Source: Pecten maximus
Lineage: Eukaryota
Direction: 5' to 3'
Assembly: GCF_902652985.1 (NCBI RefSeq)
Contig: NC_047016.1
Coordinates: 23,126,001-23,190,000 of the forward strand
DNA length: 64,000 nt
Position numbers and translations under genes: made by a program. Below are positions 1-12,194 of the stretch, piece after piece (positions within the stretch are counted from its first letter, which is position 1; each line of letters starts with the position of its first letter). The notes beneath the pieces were generated by a model. That model had not been told where the DNA came from. It saw only the letters and a program-made list of their open reading frames with translations, and did not search any database.

Positions 1-800
1 CAGAGTCTACTAGACCCACATGAATGCTGATGAAGTCAGTCAAGAACATAAACCGCATACAACCAACACGCTACTTAAACAACATGGCGCAAGACATGCC
101 CCGTAGCTAAACATCGGTTTTGACCTATTTGGAATAAAGAGTGCGTGTTACCTGGTCAGCATTGGCTATTACAGTAACTTAATAGAAGTTGACCTGGTAC
201 AGAAAGCCACCCCAGCCGTGATCATCGGAAATCTCAAGAAACAATTCGCGATGTTCGGTATTCCAATAACTATAATGTCGGATGGTTGCCAACAATTCTC
301 CTCAAGTGAATTCAAGGTATTTACCGTCCAGTGGGGGATCGCTCACCAGACGTCCTCACCTTACCACCAACGTGCGAACGGTAAAGCTGGATGTCGGGTA
401 AAGGTGATGTTGAAGTGTGACGCGATAGACAGGACTAGTTTGAAGCCTTAATGGAGCAAAGAAATGTACCACGACAGGACACTGGACGGAGCCCTAATCA
501 AATAATGTTTGGGCGACAAGCGCTTACACTACTCCCAACATGGAGACACGAAAAGGGAGATAAAAAGTGAAAGGTGAGACAAAAGAAAGAAGGCGGCGAA
601 GAAATACCATGATTATACAGCTGACAGGATGTATATTTTGAATACAAAAAAGAAATAGGTGAATATTGGGTAAAATACAGAGCAGTTCCAACGATCCCAC
701 ATGCAAAGTGCAAGCCCAAACCGGTGCCCTGTACAAGAGAAACCGTGTTCATATCAGACCCAAACGAGTTGAAGGTGTAATTTGTGACAAATCAATATAA
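1..800 (+). mobile_element. Degenerate Ty3/Gypsy LTR-retrotransposon integrase remnant
   Basis: ORF 218-451 LKKQFAMFGIPITIMSDGCQQFSSSEFKVFTVQWGIAHQTSSPYHQRANGKA resembles the rve core (FGIP..SDNG.QF.S.EF...WGI.H..SSPY.P.SNG.AE). It continues in another frame as RNVPRQDTGRSPNQIMFGR; stops and frameshifts present. Ends approximate. Confidence 0.85.
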
Positions 801-2404
801 CGCTGTGATGCTCTATCGACTCCGGCGCGACCAACAACTACTCCACCAACCCAGATTCATGCTTCGAGCAGTACGCCTAGTGAGCCAATACACCACAAAC
901 GAGGTACATGCTCCGGGAAGCCTTGCTTAGAGGGTACCACATGAGGTAGCCCTAGAGACACAAGCGACTCAACAGCGAGTCGTGAAACACAAACAACCGT
1001 TCCGCCAGTTTCGTTATGTAGTTTTCATTTATATAATTGTATGTACCTGACTTGTGTAACCTCGTCCGATTTAATTGTTTTCAAAAGTTCAGGTCATAAT
1101 TATTAGTAGATAAACATTTCAGATTTTTGAGAATTTCTTCTGCGAAATTCACCCATTTTCATAATGGCTACTCTGGAAAATATTTTGAGCTGAATGACCG
1201 AATTTTTTTTTGATTAAGTTCTATATGTGACCCTAAACTTTTATTATAAACCATAATTGCCATTTTGAATTCAAGAATTTTAATGATATACTCCAAAACG
1301 TTAAGACTAAAGTCTATGGAAAAACATATATAACGTATCTAAGCTGAATAAATTTGTTTGTTAAAATGCTGTTCTGATTTCAGGTTTATTTATATATGCT
1401 TAGTAACACAAATAAACATGATATCATAGGTGATTTGGTACTATATTTCCCCCTCCGTGTGCTTACGTTATCTGACCCAGTTTCGTTTTAGCTGGATGGA
1501 TGTGATACATTTGTAGCCATTGTTCAAGCAAACAATGGAAATGTTGAATACATTTTGGCTGTCAATAAGAGAACTGTAAAGGTTTTGGCGGATTGCCAAA
1601 GCCGTACCTCTACACAGTTGACCACTGTGCCTTTAAAGATTCTTTGAAAGTCTGCAGCATTGGCATATAATGTGTACGTATGTAATTTATGATTAAATTA
1701 CAATTATTATAGTAATCAACTATGCTTAAATAATACGTTATCAAATGTCAACTGTGCTAGTTTGGTTTTCGACTTTTTCTAAGTACAAGACATATTTCTA
1801 CGATGGCCGATATCGGACGGGCAAAACAGTGTTTCTAGTAGTACGTTTTTGTCCGATATCGGCTATCGCATATTTCGGATGTAACTGATTTGGTGTACAT
1901 GTACAAGTTCTGTGACAATTGACAGTGACATAGTTTATGACTTTACACACAAGATCACGGGATACCTCTCTGCCAATCGAACGCTTCTCACATTCATTTT
2001 CAAAAAGTTCCCCTCTCTTGACCAATACAATCTTGATATTATATCATTACATTCAAATTATATCAATTATCATATCATTAGGAGTTACAATTACAAATAA
2101 TAGTAAAGGACACCAGTATTAGTATTGCAACTATCTACAAATGGACAAAGAAATTATTTTATAATGCTAGATTGGACCGGCGATTGTCCTTTCTCCCAAT
2201 GTATTTTCCTTGGCAGTGATAGATAGAAGCGTCTGCCAGAGTCATGGTATGGCAGATTACACCATAGACCATAGAAATGGACCTGACCGGAATTAAGCGA
2301 CATACAAGTTTGTATGTCCATTACAATTGAGTCTTATCAGTGATCGTCCTGCCTTGAACACAGGCATACTACGTCACAGGGATGTGACACGAATTCCTAT
2401 ATAA

Positions 2405-2417
2405 TACATATATATAG
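2405..2417 (+). promoter_or_regulatory. Putative TATA box of gene 1
   Basis: TACATATATATAG about 60-70 bp upstream of ATG 2476. Confidence 0.5.
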
Positions 2418-2475
2418 ATCCTGGGTTTGGAGGAACTCGTGCTAAGTCTCACTGGGCTTCGTGACACTGCCAAAC

Positions 2476-4826
2476 ATGGCGTTTGCTTTACCATTGGTTG
2501 TATTCATGCTCGCGTTGTGTACACGCGGTAAATATGGTTACTGGTATCCTCTTCAGATATTGGTTTTAAAATGTTATCATGTCTGACAACTTTTGAGATA
2601 GCCACGAGTGAAGTGATGTATCCTAAATTATCTAGCTTGTACTTACTATCTATGTCTACTTTGAAATCTAGAATCAGACATATCCAAGAGCTGAAATTGT
2701 CTGTTTTCTTATTTAAACACTAAAATTTGATACTAAACAAACGCAATACACGCTTAATTTACACTAATATTGTTTATGCTCACATGACTGATTTATATTT
2801 GATTTACAATAGAGATCTACTCGTGTCAAAATGGATGGGAGTCATACGACGGGCATTGTTATTTTATGGGAGATACTAAAGTGACCTGGGCCGTCGCATC
2901 GGTAAGTTGATAATATGCTTTATGCAGTGATTGGGGGCACTAGATATTCTTCAGGTACTTGACACGTATTGTTAACTTGCAAATCATAATCCCCTCTACA
3001 AACAACAAACATGTAATGATAAGTTCATTATTACAGGCAATATGCAAATCATACAATGCACACCTGGCGATGATCCCAAATGCTCACGTGGACAACTTTT
3101 TACGACAGTTAGCTACGAGATTCTCATGTAAGTATCACATAACGAACTTTCGGTCGGTATGAGGTTCACAAAGACATATCAACCTAAGGTACATAATGAC
3201 ATATCACGTGAGGTACACAATGCCATGTAACGTAAAGTACACAATGCTGTCACGTAGAGTACATAATGACATATGTCACGTGAGGTACACAATGCTGTCA
3301 CGTAAAAAACACAATGCTGTCACGTAAAGTCCACAATGACATATGTCACGTGAGGTACACAATGTCATGTCATATGATGTACACAATGCTGTCACGTAAA
3401 GTACACAATGACATATGCCACGTGAGGTACACAAGGCTGTCACGTAGAGTACATATTGACATATGTCACGTGAGGTACACAATGCCATGTAACGTAAGTT
3501 ACACAATGCCATGTCACATGATGTACACAATGCCATTTCTTGTAAGGTACACAATGACGTGACATTTATCTCGTTCGGTACTCAATGTCATTTTATTTGT
3601 CGCGTCAGATATGCAATGTCATGCCACGTATCATGTGGATTTTCAGGTGATTTTGTGATTAACTTGACAGGGTATTTCGTCGTGAATGATATCTCGTTTT
3701 CAGGTTCCTTTAATATCACGTCCACTGGAATTCACCGTTACATATATATTACATTTGAAGCTTGCTGTTTTAGAGCTAAACAAAACTGAACGCAAGGGAA
3801 CTGTCGAGAAAATGTACAGTGTTTACATATGCACTATTTTTAGACGAATGAAATGTAATGCAATTAGACTGACCAGTACAAGAAACTGACCATATTAGAT
3901 GTTTTCCCTGACAGACGGGCACAAGGAGATGATTCATTTCTGGCTGGACGGGAGTGATTCGGTTATTGAAGGTGATTGGATCTGGACAGAGAGTGGACAG
4001 CGACTCGCCTATACTAACTGGAACCCCGGTGAACCGAGTAATTCGGAAGGCAGTATCGATGACTGTTTAGTTCTTCACAGTCAAATGTCATTCAGGTGGG
4101 ACGATATCCCTTGTCTATATAAGGCGAGGTTCATCTGTGAAGCAGGGTACGTATATTACGGTTAGTTTTTGTTTTAGTAACAATGTATGAATGCTTCATA
4201 CGACAGGTTGCTCTAGTAATCTAATGTGTTTCCGGTAAAGTGAACTGTTTCCGGTCATCTTACACATTCCTACAAATGTCAACTAATAATTATTGTATTA
4301 AATACATATCCGTTTATATTGTGATTTGAAAAAAACCCAAACAAAAACAAAAAACAAGAAAAGAAAAAGAAAAGAAAAAAAAAGACCCGCAAATCATTAG
4401 CATAACAATTTCTTGATCACTTGGTTGATATGAAAGAGTTTGTGTAAACTATAACATTGGATCCTTTTAGATGCCTATTACTAAATAAAGCATTGGTCCC
4501 ATTAAGAGGCCTTTCACTGAACATAGTTTTGGTCCCATTCATGGGACTATTACTAAATAAAGCATTGGTCCCATTCAAAGGTCTATTATTGAATGTAGTT
4601 TTGGTCTCATTCATAGGCCTATTACTTAATAAAGTATTGGTCCCATTAATGATAGTTACCACATTGTAAAATTACCTACCAATGTTAGATACAGTCTTCA
4701 TGCTACTTAAACATATTAGCTACACGACATTTTTTTTAATTCATTTTTTTTTTTTACAAAACTTTTATATCTTATATCTCTTCTTATTGGATTTTTTTTA
4801 GTGGACACTGGACAACGTTCGGCTGA
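2476..4826 (+). CDS. C-type lectin gene 1 (perlucin-like, 162 aa, EPS/WDD)
   Basis: Exons 2476-2527 (MAFALPLVVFMLALCTR), 2813-2901 (CQNGWESYDGHCYF), 3037-3127, 3915-4146 (FWLDGSD...WNPGEPSN...DC...WDDIPC...FICE), 4802-4826 (GHWTTFG*). GT-AG sites, phases 1/0/1/2, 489 nt in frame; AATAAA at 4869. Confidence 0.9.
3175..3630. repeat. Minisatellite of 22-26 bp units in gene 1 intron 3
   Basis: Mixed units GTACACAATGCTGTCACGTAAA and GTACACAATGACATATGTCACGTGAG. Confidence 0.9.
4455..4650. repeat. 36-bp minisatellite (alternating, 72-bp higher order) in gene 1 intron 4
   Basis: About five units like CTATTACTAAATAAAGCATTGGTCCCATT; 12-aa periodicity in the overlapping spurious ORFs. Confidence 0.85.
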
Positions 4827-7339
4827 TAATCCAATCGATGTGACATCGTCAGCTGTAATGCAAATGGAAATAAATAATATTGTGTGTCAAATGTTTATAT
4901 GTATACTTATTCTTTACATAAATCAAAGCACTGTGCACATGTGTTTACAACTACATGTATAGTTCTGACTAGAAAGTAACCAGCTCGCTTTTACTATCTT
5001 TCGATGAAGTCGAATAATGGTTATATCGACCTCAGATTTTTTAAAAATACGAATTCCGAGGTTGATGTAGATCGATATAACAATGTATCAACAGAAAAAA
5101 AAATGCTGTAAGTTCTTTGTTATTCTTCTTATATTTTTATAAAATCGAAGAGTGGGATGAATGATACAAAATTTAAAAGCAATATTACTGGATACTCATT
5201 TATTTCGGGAAAACAATTTAAAATCTATGATTTAATAATATAAATAATAGTGCCATTCGTAAACACACTTAATTATGTATTTGATTAATACAGTACATTT
5301 AGAAGAAGTTACTGTTGCCCAGTTTATATTAACAGAGGTTTATATTCAGATTCCCTTTCTCTAACTGGTGTCGAATATCACTTCTGTGTTCTAACAGTGT
5401 ATAATTCTACACTTATTTGCCGGATACATGTGATAATAATGCGCAAAATGTATCGTTCAGGTCTTCAAGGGAATAAACTCTGACTTCAAGTACTGTCTGA
5501 AGAGTTTGACAGTTGTAATAGTGGCGCTCACTTTGTTTTTGTTCTAGCTGGCAGATATTAAGAATTACCGTCTAATTCACTATTTTTAGCAAGCGTTTTC
5601 CAAGAAGTAGCGGTCAATATCGTTTTTATTGGATCTTGTGATCTGCTTTCAGTCAATAAGAAATCGCAAAATCTCAGCAAAAAAGATAATATTTTTTTAT
5701 TAGGAATTGAGTGCAGACCATCTACATCTACATATGGTCCCTAATGTTCCCGCGTAGTTTCCTTTTATTGGTTCACAAAAGAAGGTTTGTCGGAATAAAG
5801 GGTTTCCATGGAGACATAATGACAACAAGTCTTTGGGGAAATAGTAACATTGAATTTGCCATCCCTCAAAAATATGTTTTACTGTGTCTGCTTAATCAGG
5901 CAATTTTAACCGTTGATGAGCCTCAGTAATGTTTCCATAGTAACAGCTCTAGAAATACCCAATGCTTAACAAATAATAGGAGTGGATAAATTTCATCATT
6001 CGACCAAATTTGGCTAATTTGATATTAGAATGATAAGAATGGGCCATTACACAACCTTAATGTTTAGTGAGCGGGTCACCATGCCAACTAAAATCAACAG
6101 ATGATCTCAAATATTTCTGTTTGGTTTCATTGATATTGGTACACAAGTTTATTAGGGGGAAGTCCATACAAGATCTGTCTTATCATAGTTCTCCTTTTGT
6201 TCTCCTTTTGTTAACCTTGGTAACCTAATGACATGCATTGGTTTGGAAAATATTACCATTGGAATTACCATCCATATCCTTATATATATCAATTGATATT
6301 ATGACCAAACATAAGCCTAACTAAAGTGTCAAAGCATAAGCATTGGTAAGCTACAGCACTTGGCTATGTAATGAAATTGATACTAACGGACGTGCGGACA
6401 ACAAGTAGACGTCTGGACAGACAGACATACTAGTACTCCATTAAAGCCCGCCCCAGTCGACCCCTAATTGTGTGGCCTGTGGGGGATAAGTACAGTACAG
6501 TATGTCTGAACTGCTATATCAAAATCGGTAGTTTTCACTGGATTCCATAATATCATATGCAACCAGAAAAACTTCTGAGGAGCACACCTGTCACATATAC
6601 TGTAACACAAATACCTGAAAATCGTTTGTCCATATATTCCAATATAATATATGTCACAGTCATCTCAGAGAACTCTCACGAGGATGCTGACCAAATATGA
6701 TATTCGTTACCAAATATGGATGAAACTTCTTAGAAAAAAAACAAAAACAAAAACGAAGGTCTTTCTTTTTCTTTTTCTTTTGTAAGTCGGGAATAAGTGC
6801 TAATTTAGTTTAATAATTCAGTTTCATGATGTTTGACCTAGCTCACCTCACCGTGCATTTCACAGTCAAAATAAAATCAATGTTTATGCTTTCATAATGT
6901 CGAATTCGGCCAAACAAATGCGCCCATTTCGTGCTATTGACGTCTGTGAGCATAACGACATGGTTATTTTGTGCAATAGATGTGATCATTATTAGCTTAT
7001 TGTGTGCTCCTGAAACATGTATTTTTTTGCATTTTTTACCAAAATTTACAAACAGCTTAACAAATTGCATGTCATCAGCAAGACTCATGGTTAGCCATGA
7101 TACATACTACAAGCTAATTCTGTTGTGCAGTTGTGTAGTAATATAGGGCATCAGGCTTGTATAATATTACTGGATTTTGCTCTTTAGATAACCCCTGAAT
7201 TTAGAATATAAATACTTGCTTATTATCTTATTCTCTTTAATGTATGAGTAAGATAACACAAAGAAACTGACATCTTTTCAGTGCCTTGTCTGACGTAGAT
7301 TATTTTCTTGCCTTGAAGCAGAGGCCAGATAATATATTT

Positions 7340-8510
7340 AAACAGGCTGCTGTGGTTTTTGATATATTGAATATATATTAATAAAGTTGTTAATAAAATA
7401 TAACCTCTCGTTAATGCTTAAAAAGTTCAAGCTTATTTTGGATCGGGACAAAAAACAATTGCCAAAGTCTCTCTATTCTTGTCTTCCTTTATTCAAGACA
7501 CCGATCATATATCCTCTATGTGCCTTAGTACTGGTGACAGGTACCGACGTTAATGGGCTCTATAACTATGAGGTAAGTTGACATTCCTAGAAGGAATAAG
7601 TGAATTATTGGTTGATCATTTCTTTGCAGAAAGATATTTATGTTTAGCAATGGTTCTGTGGACAGAATCGAACGGAGTTTGGAATCATTCGGAGATTTTG
7701 CTATTATTGAATCTGTTCCCATCAAAACCGACCACCGATCTTGAAAATTTGTATTTATATTTAATTAAAGCTCTTATAAACAGAGACCACGTCTTTCTGT
7801 CGCCAAAACTCTATGAACATAAATATGACCAAGGTAATGTGACATTCATCGTTGAAAATCCACATTCGGTGTACTATAGCGTATCGATGGTAACGAGACG
7901 GACGATGTGAGTGTGATAGTAGCCCCAGGATTCCTAACAAAATTCCATCGAGCTGAAACGCCATTTCTTACGCCATAACATTTTGTTGTTATAATCTCGG
8001 GTTCCACTGATTTGAAAGCAGAAAAAGAAGACATGAATTGACAATTAATTCCAAAAAAGGTCGTTCATAGCCTCAGTTTCACCTCAGTTTAGCATATATT
8101 TTTTCTCTCAAAGATAAAGTTCCATATTATATTGTTATTGTGTAATAATCGTCACTGAATTCACTAAGATATCTATATTTTTTCGTATTCTCTTAGGTAC
8201 GGTAAGTTTTTTAAAAAAATGAGTTAGTGTTGACAGCATAATTGTTCTCATTACTTTGACACTATCCCTTTAGCAAGTAGAACTAAGGTCTTCTTGACAA
8301 CCTATGTATAAGAGCTCCCATTTCATTTATCTTATGACCAACATTTATATATCTGATATCAGTTATATTCAGATTAAATCTAACACCGAAGAAAGTGAAA
8401 GGTTCCTCAGGCCAACTGAGATTTCTGTTAATACACAATTTATCATCCTTTTTGAAATTGAACGTCTGTTGGTTTAGCAAGCCTCCATTTTGATTTTCAA
8501 CTAGCTTAAT
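7340..8510 (-). mobile_element. Degenerate L1/Tx1-like LINE ORF2 3' remnant
   Basis: Minus-strand fragments LSWPEEPFTFFGVRFNLN...KINEMGALIHRLSRR, VKVMRTIMLSTLTHF and DSKLR...NIFLQR..QPIIHLF resemble the post-RT and zinc-finger regions of Tx1/L1 ORF2; many stops. Ends approximate. Confidence 0.65.
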
Positions 8511-8669
8511 CAAACAAGGAAAAGGTCTCTGTTTTTGTTCAAAGTTGTGTCATTTTTATTACTCGCATAGGAAACGTGGGTCGCAGATTTGTGCCAAGTC
8601 CTTATGAGATAAGCTACTATCTGTGACTTGGTGAGAAACAGTCGGGTTCTTACATATATCAGCACCAAC

Positions 8670-11166
8670 ATGTGTTTACTGTGGTCAAGTCTGGTGTGGT
8701 CAGCCCTCATTGTGCATGGTAAAGTTTGTATTTCAGATTATTCTCAATCGGACTATAAAAAATCCGTCAGTTGGTTGTAATGATTCGATGATAAATTGTG
8801 ATTATTGACTGAGTCGAGTCAAATTCGTGTCTTTTACTTTAGATTAACTTCATAAATTGTAAAAAGAACTTCCTATTATATGTGATTTTTTTTTGTCATT
8901 GTTGATTTGGCCTATTGAATATGACCTGAGAAACGCTATATTGTTTCACAGTTGAAATGACACCATTTGAAATAGCTTCCTTATACTTTAACCGCCAGTG
9001 ATCCGAGGATGTCCGAACGGCTGGGAAACGTTTGACGGGTCATGCTATTTTGTGTCTGACTTCCGGGAAGATTGGCCAACAGCATCGGTAAATTCGGCAT
9101 TATTAAGTATAGCATCTGTACATGTAAATTTATTCTAACTCTAAGAACTTTCCGACATGAATTTGTTATTTTCATTCGACATCAATTGAACTAGTGGTCA
9201 CACCAATATTGATGTGTTGTTTACACCTATCAAATATAGTTTTGTTCAACCGAAACAGGTAAAGGTCGAACCAAAGCAAACTATATGATCTTAATAATAA
9301 CATTTCGGTCATCAACGTTGTATATAACAGGTTGTCGGTATTTCTATTAGGACTATCAGCACCTCACAATACTAGTGTGGTTTTAAAATATCATATTGAC
9401 TATTAAAGAGGGGCGTTCGCTATTCCAATAATTGCTCAACACAAAATGGAATGCGAATACGTGTCTGTTTGGATGGTATTATATCTAATTAATGTTCTGC
9501 TTTGGATTATGTTTAAGTTCATCTGTTTATTTATGCTGTGGAAAATGATACTCTTATATAAGATTATTTCTGCTATGTTACATATATTTATTTCTGATGT
9601 AAAGGACGCTATATCATCTGATTATATTTGCTATGGAATAAAATGTGATTATTTTGGTGATTTAAATCGAGTCTATATCTCCCGATGTTTAGTGTTGATG
9701 ATCTCGTTCGATGTTGTCCATAACATCTATTTCTGTCTATTTTCAGACCGCATGTGGGCTTTATCATGCACATCTCGCTGAAGTTATCGACGAAGCAGAG
9801 GAAAATTTTCTCAAACAAGTAATCTCAAAATATCATGGTACGGCTTTCATGTTTATAACATTCTATATATAATTTATATCTAAGATAGTTAAAATACCGC
9901 TCGCGCGCTTCCATCCGAGTCTACAAGGAAGATAAATGTAAGAGGCTATAACTAGGGACTCGATAATTCAGTGCATTGCAGTATAAACGTTTATGGAAGA
10001 AGGTATTTCGAAAATATACATTCTAACGTGACAAAGTTTTGAAACAAACAGAAAATGCACCTAGAGAATAACATGGAATAATAGTAATGTTATATTGTTG
10101 GATCTGTTTGAGAGTTATTGTAGATATACTGTACCTGATACTCAGACAAGCGACTTAATATATTTACCCTTAAACCTCTAAAGCTGGGCACAGGAGTGAT
10201 GACAATTACTGGTTGGGAGGTTCAGACATGTTTGTGGAGGGAGATTGGCGATGGATGAACAGTGATCAACGTATAAATTATACCAACTGGTATCCGGGTG
10301 AGCCGAACAATTACCAGAACCATAGCGAAGACTGTGTGGTGGTGTACATCAACAACCATCAACAGTACCGATGGGATGACCGGAAATGCACGGAAAAAAA
10401 TAACTTTATTTGTGAGATTGGGTAGGTTTCTACAAGATCTTGTCATTTATACATGTCGGGTGTCATCGAAGAAGCATAAGACGCTAATCATCCAGAGGTT
10501 CTGGTTTTAGTATCTTTTTTCAAGGGTCTTCATACCAGTCTACGTATTTTGCCCTTAATTCATCGATTTTTAGTTAGAATGATGGTTCCGTTATTATGTC
10601 GGCATTTTCTGATGTTTTCCTAGTAAGAGCAATTCAACTATAGTATAGAAATATTGCTTTTTAACACATTATAGCATTGGAAAGTCTTATGGTAACATCC
10701 CTCTGTCATCTCTGTCATACGTGTTACTGTTGTATAACTTCATGTTAGTAAAGTATCGCAACAAGCCGCGTTTGTTATAATTAACTTTTAACAAAATGTA
10801 CAGATGTAGCTACCATATGCATTGCCACTAAATTCCCTTATTTCATGTTTCAGTGTAAACTGTTGCCCCTACCCCGTATCAGAAACCTGTTTTTTGTACT
10901 AAAATGAAAATGTTGATATATATGGAATGAATACTGTGTAAGGCGCTGAACTCGTGTAGTGTTATTTTCGCGGTTTAATGATATTTTGACCGTGAAAGCG
11001 CGAAAAGAAATCTGTCTCAAAAATTACCCGATGTATAGTATTGAATGATTTGAAGAGCCTTCATTCATATGAAAACATATTAACGAAATTATTGTATACA
11101 ATAATCAATTGATACTTTTGTTATTCTATTTTTAGAGATGATTCGGGAGCAATTGTGATTGGCTGA
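8670..11166 (+). CDS. C-type lectin gene 2 (perlucin-like, 165 aa, EPN/WDD)
   Basis: Exons 8670-8718 (MCLLWSSLVWSALIVH), 8999-9087 (GCPNGWETFDGSCYF), 9747-9837, 10184-10421 (YWLGGSD...GEPNN...EDC...WDDRKC...FICE), 11136-11166 (DDSGAIVIG*). 498 nt in frame. Confidence 0.9.
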
Positions 11167-11484
11167 AACCTGATGCAGTTGATGATATCGGTACTCATTG
11201 CTTATGTTGAAATCGTTGTCATTACGAAATAAATATCAAGGAATTATTATGTAAAATCTTATTTTTAAAGTTTGCTTATATAAGCATGCCGTTTCAATTG
11301 ATCTAGTACACTATCAAGTGATGAATGTCACACGCAGTAATAATTAGATTTCGATTCTAGTATAATACAAAGATAATACATGTATATCTTTATAGAGTAT
11401 GTCAGAACATGAGGTTCTCATGAATGTTTGAATTTATAATTGAGATATGCGAGGGCTGGCCAGTTATTTTGGTCCAATGAAACT

Positions 11485-11800
11485 TTAAGTGGCATCTCAA
11501 CATCAAATCCTGCCAAAACAGTGGTATTTTACAAGATGATAAATTCTTGCTACGCCGCAATTTAACAGAAATAATTTGATCAGCTATTAGTATCTATCAT
11601 GGCATACTGTGGACCTTGCTTATGGTATGTACTGTGTTACGTTGCTTGTGAATTTCAACAAAACATGCGAAACATGCATGTTTCGGGGGGGGGGGGGGGG
11701 GGGGCAACAAGTGTTTACATAAAGAGTACATAAAGTTAAATCCGCTCAAACAAATGACTCATTTCGTGTGCTATAGATACTTATGAACATAACAGCTTGG
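11485..11800. mobile_element. Degenerate non-autonomous DNA element related (inverted) to 61204-61687, with G20 tract
   Basis: AATTTCAACAAAACATGCGAA...CATGTTTCGGGGGG is the reverse complement of sequence at ~61520-61565; G run 11685-11704. Confidence 0.55.
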
Positions 11801-12121
11801 CTATTTTTCAGGTTTGCTTATTTATGTGACTAATTCCATGCTACATCTTAACATAAATTAACTATTTAGAAGAAACTGTTAGCATCTAGTTATTTTAGGA
11901 ATCTACGTGTCAAAACTAACATTTTGGTATATTAGTTGACTATTTTTGTACAAATTTGTTCATATCTATTCGTGTTTGAAATTCAACACTATTCTACTAT
12001 ATAAACGACACTTAAAAAGCAGGACGACATTGATACATCTGGTAATTCATCAAGTGGTGTTATAGAGCAAAGTCTTAGATCACGACATTGTATAATTCAT
12101 GTAACACGAACTGTGAACGTG

Positions 12122-12137
12122 AGATAAGCTATTATCT
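12122..12137. promoter_or_regulatory. Inverted GATA pair upstream of the lectin ATG (also at 8607, 18038, 24180, 30350, 36772, 42740, 49393, 60087)
   Basis: AGATAAG, short spacer, [T/C]TATCT, 53-76 bp upstream of the ATG in genes 2-10. Confidence 0.7.
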
Positions 12138-12194
12138 CCGATTCGTCAACGAAACAAGGGTCGGACTGTGTCTGCCGGTTTGTACGTACCGACA

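Noticed and set aside
1800-1870. Inverted repeat CGATGGCCGATATCGGAC / GTCCGATATCGGCTATCG as a structured RNA
   Set aside because: More likely a hairpin from a degraded non-autonomous element; no ncRNA family features and no definable ends.
3276-3789. Cys-rich repeated ORFs
   Set aside because: Products of the minisatellite in gene 1 intron 3.
9446-9781. Hydrophobic 111-aa ORF as a membrane protein
   Set aside because: T-rich intron 2 sequence of gene 2 that overlaps exon 3 out of frame.
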